A stretch of DNA of 64,000 bases from Styela clava (lineage: Eukaryota): positions 8,494,001 through 8,558,000 of the forward strand of contig NC_135263.1 in the NCBI RefSeq assembly GCF_964204865.1, written 5' to 3'. The first letter of the stretch is position 1, and the number at the start of each line of letters is the position of its first letter. The notes under the pieces were generated by a model. The model saw nothing but the letters and a program-made list of their open reading frames with translations. It made no database searches and was not told the DNA's origin. The translations under genes and the position numbers were made by a program. Below, in pieces: positions 12,851-33,704 of the stretch.

Positions 12851-14557
12851 GTGCCAACAGCCTCAACAGAAAAAATTGAAAAATACTATGATTTAGGCAT
12901 ACATGTTGAATATGGTACACATCGAACTCCGTGAATCCAAAGTGTCGTCTCCGCCTTTCGCGGAACGCGGCAGGAAACAGCATATTTGTTATGACGAATT
13001 TTTATGTTAAATGAAATAAGTGAGCCCGCAGCTCATTTGAAACTCGCCTTTTTCGAATTTCGAGATGGGACGCTTACGTAAACTTTAGGTGACATTGTGA
13101 ATTCCAGACCGAAATTTACAACAATCATTCGTGTAACTTAAAAGATATCAACCAGAGTGACGCCTGACATTTCATTTAAACACATTTTATCTATTTCACT
13201 TTTGGGCGAGAAAATCGATGCTTGAGAGAAAATCTCTTCGCAACTTAATTGTTTGTCTTTGTCTTTACCAAAATCGGCACTCTTGTGCTAAAAAAAAAAT
13301 AAAGAAAAGCTTATGTTTATATTCGGTTTTCCTCGTCCTCACACATACCAAAGTATACCATACACACCCATGTGTCGTCTACTGGTATACAGTGGCAGAT
13401 TTCAATCCACAATGTTGCAAACAACATATTCGTTAATTATGTAACACGCGATGAGTGTATGGCGTAAGTCTTGCGTGATTACTGTATTTAGCAATCACTG
13501 TTTGCTAATAATGGCACTCCCTTAAAGGAATTCCGGATCGTTTACTTATTGCGACTACTCTATAGTTTCATTTCAGTTGTTCATAATATTTCGTCGGTAA
13601 CCAATCTTAAAAACGCTTATTACGTCTTGGCTCACTTCGGTGAGACAGAGAGGTGGAATGATGTCTTATCATAGTATGTATTTTTTTAATTAGCTCGAAT
13701 TTCAAAGTAAATTTAGCAACATTTGAGCAACAACAACAATATTATCAAGACTTCATTTGTGATATAAAACGTTAAATATCTACGTCTGCTTCATGTCAGA
13801 CCTTGTTTCAGGAAGTGGCAAATTACAGTGTTAGATTGTCATTTATTGAGATCTATAAAAAATATCATCTCTTTTAAATTATCGACATTTTATTTTGAAA
13901 TGGAAGATAGTTTAATTGTGTAGTTGTGAGTGCTTGAATCAAACGACTTGTTTTGATCAATCCTGTTTAAAAGTCGTGTTTCGTTCTAGTGAGTTTGAAA
14001 AATCAAAACTAAACTCGGTTTAGACTTTGGAGTACTAAAATTAAGTAAAATTCTACATGGAGTTAATGGGTATGTTTACTACAATTTAATTATCCAAATG
14101 ACAAATAATAAATAAACAACTGAAATGCACGGAATATCAAATTAATAATACTTAATATATAGTAATAAGATTGCCAAATTCATCGTTTGGATATGGCCAC
14201 TGTATAGTTATTTTCGTTATTTTCACCCGATTATCCATATTGCTCAGTATCGCTTTCAAAGATTTCTGTTATCGATTTTATTTTAGTGATATCATATAGG
14301 AAATGGTTGAGGTAGCGCCGATGTTGTCACATAGACAAAATTGAAGTAAAAAATCTGATTAAATATACTGTATTTCCGAATAATGAAATTGAATGTCGTA
14401 TATTTTTATACTAGGTAATTTCTATACCGCCTTTGTTGCGTTTCGTTTCAAACTTTTGTTTGTTTTCTCATGCGTGCGTCATTACCTACGTAAAATACTT
14501 CTACTCTCACGGAATATTGTTTGATTTACGAATTCTACTTTGACTTAGGATATCAAA

Positions 14558-16438
14558 ATGAAGAGTGTACTTGTCTCTTGCATCGTTTTTATGTTATTTG
14601 CTGAAGGTAAGTGTCGTGCAAAAAGATATTCATGATGCGTTTCATACTAGGGATTTAATAAGAAAGGTGTTCGTTTCACATTGAATGACTTCACATATGT
14701 ACGGGAACGGGTATATGTAAAAGACAGATAAACAAAAATAAATTTTCACGATCGTATAAAATACTTTTTTACCTATGAGTTGGATTCAAAACACGATTGG
14801 AACATGTCACAAAATTGATATCGTTAAATTCTTTATTTCATTCAAAATCACGGCCAATGGGGAGGCCTTACCTTAATAGAACAAATAAAACATAAGCATT
14901 TGGGTATCATTGCTTACGGTTGCATAGGAACAAGACAAATATTTTTACTTGCTTATTGTGCTACTCGTTTGAACACACCTGTCTAAGTACATAAGGTCGC
15001 ACGGATGTGTTGTTTCTTTATATGGCTAGCCCTCAAGTAAGCGAGACTATAATATAGTTTAAAAGACGTCAAGTATTTACCATGTATCCATTCCAATGTT
15101 TTTTAATAATAGCCTGGTATGAAGACGAGACCATATCATGACATGAAATGACCATTCCTAATTGCATATCGTAACTGATTCAGTCGGCTATTAAATCAAT
15201 CATATGCAAGCCAAGCATTGTCGACGTTGCAAAGGCTTATTTTTAGTGAATGCGAAACCCTGAATGCTGTAAAATGTTCAAAATTTTTATTGATTTTCTG
15301 GCAACTAGGTATTGCAATAAGGTGCTACGAATGTTCTGCATGTAACGAGAAAAAAGAACTTGACTCTTCTGATATCGTTGAATGTGAAGAAGAACAAAAT
15401 GCTTGCACAAGGGTTCATCTCAACGAAAAAAATCAAAGCGGGAATGGTAAAATATTGCTATTTCAATATTTTGGTGCCATTGATGATAATTTTTATAAAT
15501 GTTTTTTTTGTGATGGTTATTTATGAATGTTGTTCATGAATTCATGTTTATTATGGACGTTAGTCATCCTCCTCTACTGGTTTCTCTAATGTGTTCTACA
15601 CATTGAGTGCTGTAATTCGAGGGCGAAAATAAACTATGAAACTGAATAAACATAATGCAACCCTTTCAAGGTAAAATTGTGATAACAAAGTTGATGAATT
15701 TCTACCATACAGGCTGTTTAATTTATTTTAAAAAAATATTTTAAAAATTGTATGTAAACTCTATTAAATTGAACGATAGGTGTTGATTTTAGACCAAATT
15801 GTATTGAAAGTTTAGATGATTTACCCCGACTTACCAAAATAATTTGGATTTTATATCTAAGCAATAATGTTTAGACGTCTACAGAAGATCATGTGCGACA
15901 GGTTTGAAAGCAGATGTAGAAAGCCTTGAATATACTTGCTCGGCAAGCGACGAAGCAAATATCAAAGAGACTTGCATTTGCTACCATGGTACGTTAATAA
16001 TCTTAACAAATTTTTAACTGCCAACCGCATTAAAAACTAATCAGGATTGTATTATAAGGAACTTATAATTTGAGTGACATTTTGTCTGTCGCTTACAAAA
16101 TACATATTGTGGACCGCTACTCATGCTTACATTCAAACTCAGCACTTTTCAGCGGTTGATTTGGCACGTAAATTTATACAGCCTAATTGAAAAACTCGGG
16201 AATTCCAGATTCAGAACTTTAAATTCACCGGGAAGGAGTCATCATTTCACTATTGCAAAATTCTACTATGTTATATTCCGCAAAAATACATCTTTAGTTT
16301 TAGTCACTTTTATTCAAATAATCTGTTTGTTATTATGTATTTATAGATTTGTGCAACGATGCCGGGATCCCAAATGCAAAAACCACAGTGATCATTCCAC
16401 TTGTTTTCATTTCATCAATATTACTCATGCTAATGTAA
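14558..16438 (+). CDS. Ly6/uPAR three-finger GPI-anchored protein C, 130 aa
   Basis: Exons 14558-14606, 15309-15446, 15875-15988, 16347-16438, all phase 1; MKSVLVSCIVFMLFAEGIAIRCYECSACNEKKELDSSDIVECEEEQNACTRVHLNEKNQSGNDVYRRSCATGLKADVESLEYTCSASDEANIKETCICYHDLCNDAGIPNAKTTVIIPLVFISSILLMLM. Confidence 0.92.
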
Positions 16439-18053
16439 ATAAACAGACAGAAATACTACAAAATGCAATTTAAATCGCCGTGTAAAAATTAGAGATCATC
16501 TGACAATTTTTCATAATCCTGTCGCCTGATGAAAAAGCGCCTAACTATCTTTTTTAAAAGCATTATTTTCAATTTATGTTAAATTCTCTCTGTACTCTAC
16601 AGGCATTTTTTATTAATATGATTTTGCTCTACCATGCCGCAATTTTAATTTTATTTTAATATATTTGATCATTGTTTTTTTGTTAGTATATGAAACACAT
16701 TATATATACCAAATAAGTATTTAAAACAGAAAAGAAAACCTCGATCGTTCAAATTGTCAGGGATTAGAAGTAGCCATTCTTCCTTTTTATTTAGATTAGA
16801 CAACAATTGATGTTTATATTTTTTGTATTTTCTATTTTACTCAAAACTAAACTACCACTCAAAACTAGACTTGAAACACTACCAATACGATAAGATGAAG
16901 TAATACAACTTTCTCTTGGAATAATTTTAAATTTATTTGCTCAACATAGTTATTTTTAGTTTTATATCGTTTATAGTAGTACTTGGTATTAGTTTAGTTT
17001 TATCACTGTGTTAACTAATGATACACATCTGCAATTTAAAGAGTGCTGGATTTGAGATTATTTTCTCATTTGAAATATAAATCAACTCAATAATATTTTC
17101 TTGCACATTAGATCTTTGTGCTATACTAATGAGTTTTGGGTCAATAGCAAGGTCTCGTTTTATTCACAGGTGCATATTTCATATGATATATTACTCTGAT
17201 ATTATCTAATTCAAAGGAAACATTATGTTGTATATCCTATGATATGTAAAAAATGAAAACACACTATTTTCACTCGAAGTTATAAAGAAGAAATTTATTT
17301 GAAATGTTAGGATATGACGAGAGTATTCGGTACATTGGGAACACTTCAGAGTTTAGAATTCTATTGATTTATTCAGAAAGTATCACACATGAAACTGAAA
17401 CAGAAAAAATAAATTTGCAGTTTTACCCGTTGAAATAATCGACTGCCATTAGCTTGAATTTTGAATCAAACATTACGTGCTTTTGATTAAATATATATAT
17501 AAAAATCACGTAAATAGCAAAACTCTCCTGTTATCTAACTGAGAAACATGAATAACGTTTAAAATTGAGAAAATTATTCATTGACGTCAATCCAATGCAT
17601 GATTAGACTCGTGAAATGATTTGTAACAATTTTGATACTTTTGTTTTGTCCAGTAAAAAATATCGAGTAAGCCGGCAGAAAACTTCATTGCCAGCATCAT
17701 AAAAGTGAGAATTGAACAAAATTACCAAAGTCGTTACGAAACAAAGCAAAGTATCAATAAAGCGGGAGCAGCTAACTTGACAGAAAAGACTTTGAGATTC
17801 TTGGTTCCCACAAAAAGTATATTCTTGCAAAAGTGGCCCTGCAAAACACGCAAAGTATAATTATGGTACGCAAAAGACTGCATGTATTTCTATTTTTAAT
17901 ATCAACGAAGGCTACATTTTACTCAATTCGAAATAAATCATCAAGCAAAATTATTTTATATGAAAGCTCGATCGGTGTATTTGATTTTTTGCTCGACTCG
18001 ATTTTAAATACCTTGGTTATGCCTTTAATATCAGCTAAAATAATACTTCACGG

Positions 18054-18168
18054 GGTGCCCCCAAAGTAGTTGCACGAAGATGGCGCACAACTTGAGCATA
18101 GTATGAGTACCCTAAGTTAGGGTCGTTCAGGTTGTGCGTCATCTTGGTACGAATACTTCCGGAGCGCC
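18054..18168. mobile_element. Palindromic GG-start MITE family, copy 2
   Basis: Long inverted arms (AAGATGGCGCACAACTTGA / TCAGGTTGTGCGTCATCTT); flanks CTTCACGG / CTTCACAG (7/8 TSD). Confidence 0.7.
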
Positions 18169-18989
18169 CTTCACAGTATACTAAATTTTGAAGATATCCG
18201 GATGCTGTCGCTAGGCGTTGATAATGAGCACAGAGATGCGCGTCGGTGGGGCGACCAGCGATGATAGAAATGAAGGAAATGTTTTAAGCTTAGTTTAGAA
18301 ATAACTAATGGAAAATGAATATAAAACAAATATAACAACCTAAGTTATGTTTTTGGAGTCGGAAAAAATTATCATTTATTGCTAGAATAGCAAACCGTAT
18401 TAAAATGCAATTTTGTAAGCTACTCAAACTGTTTGAATATTTTCCGGAACGCCATAAAAAGTGTTTTCCTGTGAGAATAAATAAGAACAATAACGATTGT
18501 GCATGAGCACGATCTTAAAAATCTTAAAAAAACGAAACATTAAAATATACTGTTTATTAAAATGACGAAAAAGACTTTAGCTTTAATTTGGGATTAGAGA
18601 TTTGATTTATTTTTAATGTTAAAATAATTCTATATAAAGAATGTTCCATGAAGTCAAAGTGACCGATTGGGACAATCATATTTTCTCATTGCCGCTGTAC
18701 ATAGGTTTGATTTTGGTGGAAGACAAATAAGGAACAAACAAATCATTTCGAGATCCAACTTTTGAGTTTCTAATCGAGAATCTTGTACGTGCAAACGCAT
18801 TACCAATATTACAAAACAATCTCTAAAACGAAAGTTATTGTAATTGCTCACATCAATACCAAAATAGTGCCTCTCTTTAAAGTACGTGCGTGATGCTTTG
18901 CTGAAACGATTTTTACGCCTTTCCTCGATGTTTCGTTTTTCGCAGGGAATTTTTGATCAGGAGAATTAGTTGAATCATTTCAAAATAAG

Positions 18990-20672
18990 ATGAATGTTTT
19001 CTTAATCGTATTCGTTGCTGCTGCACTTGCAGGATTAGGTACGTATTATTTATTCGTCCTACATTCTTCAAAAACCTCATTAAATTTTTTATGCCGGTGT
19101 GAATTCTTAAAACGTAGGAAAAAGTTAGGTTTGTATTTTCATGTTTATCGCATAGGGGAAAAGTCAATAGGGGGGCTCAATCATATGGCGGGGCACGACC
19201 TCTATTCGCGTAACCAGTCCATGTCGAGTAGGAGAATAGTTAGACAATTATTTGTATCAGATACATGGATTTGCTAGCGGAAGAAGTCATAATCGACCAG
19301 CGGTTACGTAAACCGCCATACGACAACCAGAAGTCCAGCAACCAACTTGCTCATAATTGTGCCCACGAGATTCCAATTTACAAACCCGCTAGCAAGCCAT
19401 GCTGGATTATGTTCACACAAACGTCAATGATACATGTACATGAATGTATACTGTATATCATGCGGAAGGATATTGACAATTTTTTTCAATACCCGAAATT
19501 TCGGCATGGGATTTCTAAATGAGGATGGAAATCATGCAGTGACAGGTCTGTCCGAACTAAGAAAATAATAAGATTTTATCCAACAATCGTTACGTTGAAA
19601 CTGATGTCGTTAACCCAAAGTAAAACGTAGTAGGTAACTTTTTTGGGTTAATCAAATTATTGTTTGTTCGACCTCGCCATCTTAAAAGATATTTCACGTA
19701 TGCATGCTCTCTCGCGTCTGTGATTTAGTCTTCGCGGCCGAATTACAAAAAATAGTAATAAATTTGATCGATGATATATATATGATGATATATGATAATA
19801 TGATATTCCATAAACTTATCTTTCACACGAATCTCTAATGTATTTACTTCACTCATAGGTGCCACCATTGAGTGCTTTATATGTATGCCCTGTTCCACAA
19901 AAGATGAAATGAAACTCGGACACTGCCCTGTTGGCTACAAAGGATGCCGAATGTTAGAAGCGGAAGGTAAGGTTTTATAGACTATATCTCGCCAAAAAAA
20001 TATAAGTTTCGTAAACAAGTATCAACAGGATGAATGCAAGAAATATACCCAACGTACAGTCTTCCCAGGAGCTGTCTCGGCAACAATATCTTCATTCATA
20101 CCTTATATTCACATCCTTCACTGGCTAATAAAAAATTGTTATTATCAAGATACTTGCATTCGAATGAAAACTTGCTCAAAGTAAGATCACATTTCCAATG
20201 AAATTCTATAATTTGATTCTGGATATTTAGGTATCGCTGGAAGACAAGGCTCACGAACTGACTCAAATTTTTGCAAGACTACTACAATGGGTAACGTAGA
20301 ACTGAAAGAGTGTAACTGTAACAAAGGTAAAAAAAAATTGTATATTCGTTTATTATTGTATCTATTTCTTATATTTTTATTCAACACAATATTCGGATGG
20401 ATTTTTTCTATAAACAACAGGGAACTTTTGGTTTCTAGTGCGTAATTATTACATTCGTGTTGTGAAATATGTCTCCAAGATTTCTTACACTTGCTCACAC
20501 ACCAATATATACAGTTTATATAATTCTTTTAGTAATCAATTTGAAAAGTAATATTACCCAAGGCATGGATTTTCAGTACATTTTTACAGATGGATGCAAC
20601 GGATCCGGTATTTTGAAATCAGGAATCTTCGTCATACTCACAAGCGCTTTTGCAATGTGGATTTGTACATAG
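18990..20672 (+). CDS. Ly6/uPAR three-finger GPI-anchored protein D, 111 aa (Cys6 replaced by Gly)
   Basis: Exons 18990-19038, 19859-19966, 20231-20326, 20590-20672, all phase 1; MNVFLIVFVAAALAGLGATIECFICMPCSTKDEMKLGHCPVGYKGCRMLEAEGIAGRQGSRTDSNFCKTTTMGNVELKECNCNKDGCNGSGILKSGIFVILTSAFAMWICT. Confidence 0.9.
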
Positions 20673-22026
20673 CAAAAACAATGGACCATCACTTGCGATG
20701 CTTCTTATGCCTAATAATGTAATATATTTTATATTTGCTCCTAACCTGATGGAATCTACATACCACAAAGAGAAAAAAAATAAATCAAAAAACTGAATTA
20801 AGTGATATTTAAGATGTCAAGGGTTTTCAGTATTATCATTCAATTTTGTAAAATGGATTGTGATCATTCTCAAGATTTCCCTAATAATTCGGGTGTTCAG
20901 CAAATGAGTCAGCAATATAGGCGAATGACGTGGTCAATACGTGTTACATTATCCTATACTGGAAAACCCAGTTTCGAGTAATATCTGCTACTCCAAAGCA
21001 TTAGAACAGCGGATTTTTTTAGTATTTCAAAGTAAAATCAGAGATGAAAAAGAAGAGTTGTTCTTTATTATTTAGGCTCACGTATTTACAAACTTTAAAA
21101 GGCATAAAGTACACATTAACGATGTTAATATTTAGTTTGGAAACTGCTGCATTGAAATATAGGCATCTGTCAAGTTGGCGATATTGAACCGGATTCACTA
21201 TCGGCCAAAATATAAGATAAAAAACGAATCGTCATACATATATGTCTTCCGATACATAAAAATTGGCACTTTTAAAATTGTGTTAAAAAATCATGGCATA
21301 TGCTATAGTTTATGTTGTATTTTATTGTACAATTGGTGAATTTTTGGTGATATATAAATATGCATTATCGATGAGGATGATGTTTTACGTAGAAACAAGT
21401 GAAGTATACCTCAATTTATTCTGCCGTGTTAAGAATACGCGCTGAGCGTTATTTCAACAGGGCAGAATAAATTCAAACGCACAAATGACAGGTGAGATCC
21501 CTTGCCAGCTCGAATATGTGAATTGAACAATATTGCGAACACTTTATGCTATCGTGACCTTTAGGAGATAAATCCTTCCTTTATTCAACCATCTTTTAAC
21601 ATGCGTTTTTATAGGCAGTCGCTAGGGAAATGAAAGTCGTGTACTGTGCTCCATTGTTAGAAAAGTATTAGAACAATATTCTCTTCAATTTGCCGAATGC
21701 TTTGAACGACAGATGTAAGGTATACCTTAATTGGCTGAATAAAGAAGAAACGCTTTAGGTGCTTTATTTGCGAGTATTTTATTTAACAAGCCAGGTCCAT
21801 TCAAAAATTGTCCTCGTTTCAACATACCAAGTTTGGCATTACCCTGAAGATGCGTTGGTAATTGAGAAGTTATGATGTTTATTGAGCACACAATATAAAG
21901 AGAATGCCACAAACAATATGTCTTATTCGAACAAGGCATTCCAAAGGGGTATGTGATTCTCTCACTTTATCCGCTCATTCTCGCGAGTACTGGTGACTCC
22001 CGCACAGCTCTCGTAACCAAGAGAGC

Positions 22027-22038
22027 GTCTCTAGCAAC
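22027..22038 (+). promoter_or_regulatory. RFX/X-box-like site upstream of tektin-3
   Basis: GTCTCTAGCAAC (strong CTAGCAAC half-site) in a locally GC-rich stretch about 800 bp upstream of a motile-cilia gene. Confidence 0.5.
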
Positions 22039-22797
22039 CGCTGGGGTCGGATTTCAGGTAGCGAGTCTGGGCGAACGCGCTGAAGTGCGGCAGAAACATC
22101 AAACCAGCCAGCAATGTTAGCATACAAACGAAAGGATATATAAGAATACCTGCTGTATTGAGAAGGTTTTGAGTAAAAACAACACCCGATAAGTTATGCC
22201 AGAAGATTATGATTTTCTGTTATTTGTAAGAAAACGGAACCGATGGATAAGAGAATAGGAAAGTAGATACGTGGTAGTTCGTAGTCCCAACGATAAACAG
22301 CGTTGTAAATGTTGTGCAATTAAAATTCTTCAATCTAAAAATGAAACTATTCATAGTCATTGATAACAGCCAGTTCTGTGTTATCTTCTGAATAATTTAT
22401 AGATGCTTTCATTTTACTGAAATTAAAGGTCTGAATTGTTAGACGAAAATACGATTTTTCTTTGTGAATTACCGATCGGAATCACGAAAATTCTATTATC
22501 AACTTCGTATCACTGTTTAATACTAGACACATATGTTGCCTATTATATTTGAAACCTATGTAGCAATGTCGGTGTTAGCAAATCATTGTCAGCTTGTTAA
22601 CTGAAAGCGACGTGAATAATGGCCACAAGATTTATTTAACTGAACATCAGATCGAGGCCGCTGATATGTCCTTATGCTACACATTTTAAATGTAAATAGA
22701 CGTCATACTACAAGGGCATACGAAAGTTCGTGTTGACTGAAGATTCCTTTGTTTTGCAGATTATTATAACTGAGAAATTAGATTTTTGTTGGTCTAG

Positions 22798-29878
<7,081 letters not shown>

Positions 29879-31860
29879 AATATCCACTCAGACGCGGAAT
29901 TTACTTGCCTCACGACATGTCGACTGCAAATGATTTTTTTGTTACGATAAGACTTTGCTTCTTTCATTTATTTGCTATGATGTCTTCACATTTGTTACAA
30001 TTTCTGAATAAAACGATTGCTTTAGTTTTCTAAATCAAACGCTTCTATTAAATACGGTTTTTGATTTTAGGGTTCTAAACAAAAACAATGCATTTTAAGT
30101 TTATTTTTCTGATGGCAAAACGGTGTTAATTGAAAATTATTGGATAGATTAATTGTTTCTGTGTTATGTAATATTATTGTATTCATCCGTCCTGACGTGT
30201 GGCTTTGTAGTGTAGACTGTGTTATTAGATGGTATTGTAATTTCATCCTATAATTTAAAAGTCAATTCAATGTCCAAGAATTAATATTATACGACGTCTT
30301 TATATCTACAATAATATTTGGTGCATAATTTCCTGTTATGTTATAAGTGATAATAAACGGAATCAACAACTAAACAAAGTTTTACTACGTCACTATAAAT
30401 ATGACATCATCACGAGTTTAGATTATCTTCAACAATTGCACAATTATTCAATTAAAATAATGAAAGGTAATGTATATTGGGTTTTCACTGCCCCAGAAAA
30501 CGAAATTTAAATTTTTATAATAAAAAGCCATATATTGTAATTATATAACTATATAATGAAACATGTTATTTCATTTAATATTATTTGTAATGAGCCATAT
30601 AAGACAGTATTATTTATGGTAAAATGCTTTGGGCTAATTAAAGCACTCGCAAATTATCTAGACTTTACTTTATAGGTTAAGACACTCACGGATTCCATTT
30701 TTAAAATAATTGATTACTGATTTTCTTTTGCTTCTTGTTGTATAAAACATTATTATTTTACCCTCACATTCATTGGTCTCGCTTCACTCAAATTCTCTAG
30801 ATTTACAGATTCTTGTCGCTGGTAGTTAACTCGAAAATTAGTGTTTTTGTGTATATTTTTCTATTAATTACTTTTTTGCATCTGAATAAGTCATTTATTA
30901 ACTGACATTACTTAGACAAAACTTTATTTTTCGGAAAAGATATGATGTTCTATAAATGGTTTATTTTGTTTCATTTTTGTGTGATGTAGCATCTGAAATT
31001 GTTTGATTTAAAGTTTGTTTTTTTGGTTGCATTAGTTTAATCATCAGTCAAAATTTCTGTCAAGTGAGGACTACGATATAAGCATTTCTATTTGATCTAT
31101 CTATATATGGTCCATCCTTGAAGAAGAATGAACGTTGACTGGTTACTTTATTTTAGTCACAGATGACGCCGTAAGAGATTATATTAGTAGTTCGCTGTGT
31201 GCCCTATCCCTGGAATAATAACTATTATGCCCCCGCCATACATAAATCAATCAATTTGTGTTGTTTATAATCACACAACCTATTCGGTCAGATGCGCCCC
31301 GTATTTTTTCATTTACTAATTTCGCTCAATTACCTCAAAATTGAGGTTGAAAAAACAAATTATTCAACACTAATTCGAAAAACCCTGAATATCTACTAAG
31401 ATTTTCCCCAAATTTAAGTTTTGTTCACATAGGCCAACTCCTATGTTGCATTTAAGTTGTTATTTACTGAACGTTTTTGCTTCTTATTTTTTTGTAGATG
31501 TGCTCAATGTAAATATTGCTTTATTAACCCATGCATAGAAATTCAATAATCGATCAAGGATGGCCAAGCACAATTGTACAAATCTCACAAAATTGAAATG
31601 AATTTAGACAATTATATCAAATTAAAGCTTGGCCATATTTGATTTGTCATGGAATTTTTAGGAAATTTTTTGAATATATTTTCTTGTTTCTTTAGAAACT
31701 ACATACGCATCACATTGCACTTATTTTTGTAGTTTCGGTCAAAAAATGATCATTGTGGACACAGTAACGGCGTTTCCAGTCAATACTTGTCCCAATTGAT
31801 CAAATTATGATCGTTTTTTTTTTTTTTTCCAGTGTTAAATTTATCTCGTTTTGCGAGAAA

Positions 31861-31874
31861 CTTGCCATGGTAAC
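31861..31874. promoter_or_regulatory. Near-consensus RFX X-box
   Basis: CTTGCCATGGTAAC versus GTTGCCATGGYAAC consensus, about 2 kb downstream of the tektin-3 stop. Confidence 0.4.
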
Positions 31875-33704
31875 AATGTGTGAAACAAAATGCAAGTACA
31901 CCAAGTCATACGTGTTTCAAGTTTAATTGAAGATGAATTTTCTGCTGGGTTGTTTTTATTGTTTATTGTGAATATTAGTATGCCATATTTAGAAAATAAA
32001 ATTTCTGGGATAAGAAGTCCCGTATGGTATATCCCCAGTCCATTGCACGATGTAGAACTGCCCGAAGTTTGTCAAAATGAAACATTTTGTCTGCATTTTT
32101 CTGATTGTATTATTTTAGGAAAAATCCCACATATTTGCTTGCTCATGAAGCACGTCCAGTAATGGAGATCCAAGCAAAAAAATGAAATGAACGAACTGTA
32201 AATTAAATAGCTTATGAAGTCGTTTGTTTCATTTACACTCGTAAGTACCATATACTTTTTATATAGACTGATATTATCACCGTTTTGCTATAATTTTATG
32301 TAATAAAAAAGGATTTTTATAAGAAAAACGTCGGGTCCTAAGTTTTTTTGAGGTATTGTATAGAGTAGGTATGTCAGGAAACTTTACTCTACAGAAACCA
32401 TACCCAGCTTCGTGGACAGAAAGCGCCAAATCAAAATGCTTGTGGTAAAAGCTGAAATAAAACTTGCCTGATAATCAAAGCAATCACGGATAACCTACTG
32501 AAGTCCCAAACTTTATTGCAATCCCTGCTACATTTTGGCACGAGATGCCCCTGCTTTTCCCGCACTCCAAACAACATTGCCTTCCTTAGATAAATTTAAA
32601 TTTACAATGAGTGTTTTCGTTACTGCTCAATGCTCATGTAAAATCGTGTTTTGAAAATGAGAGCATGATAACAGTGCCCATTCAAAAAAGCATGTGGTAC
32701 TGATACAATGGATATTTTTTGTTGAAAATTGAATAAAAATTCAGTTATCATATTGGCTCGAAATTTTCTCAATTTCCATATTTTTTGCTTGTGTTTTGTC
32801 CAGTTTCAGAGATTAGTAAGTTATGGTAGCTCGATTCTTAAAACTATAACACGTAGACATGAAAGTAAGAGCTGTTAGCTGCAGTGTTCTACCCAAGTAT
32901 ATACCGATCATGAGAAGGGTATACAACTTGAAAATGGTGTACGAAGATTGCACAGTCTAAATTAGGCTTCTAAACTGTAATATAATAAACATATTTTCAA
33001 TTGGAGACAACAATGCAAATGCTGCACATGGTTGCTTTGCTGTTTTACATTAATTAAAAGGAAAACGCCTGACTGCCTCCGCCAAGCAGATACAAACTCG
33101 CTGCTCAATTTAGGAATTGAGAGGTTTGCCTGCAAGGACGTGCGATCGGCAGGATGTTTACGTCAGGGTCATTTTGCGATGCTTTAGGAACTTGAGCATA
33201 CCGATACAATAAAATTTATATTGGGAAACATGAATATAACATCGAGTAATTCCGACTCATGTCGAGATCAAATCGAATAACTTCCGATGCTTCATGATTT
33301 CGAATGGAAATTTGTAATCGGATCGGAAGGATTTATTTAACTTAAAACTAAAGAATATTTAGAATGAATTGAGTAAAAACACAGAACAAGTAAATGTTAC
33401 TAATTAAACAAGTACCCCCCCTATAGGGGGCGACTTCTACTACACTACATGGGTCGGCATTAATAAGATGAACAAAAGAGCAATGCCCAAATATATGGAC
33501 ATGAAGATCAAAGCGAAGTAGTGTCAAATCGTCCACAGTATCACTGAATGCGAATAATTGTGAACTGTTCTTTTTCTGTTTTAATATAGCAGTAATGTTA
33601 AAGTAAAAGCTTAGAAAACGGTCTAAGTGAGATTTCCCCCAGAGATTTCACTACACCGACTATACGCCATCTTACTGTCGGTAAACATCACGGCACGGAG
33701 TTTC

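Noticed and set aside
31960-32060. Minus-strand SCNGLGIYHTGLLIPEILF resembling a fifth Ly6 last exon
   Set aside because: Wrong acceptor phase, no nearby stop and no upstream Cys-rich exons found
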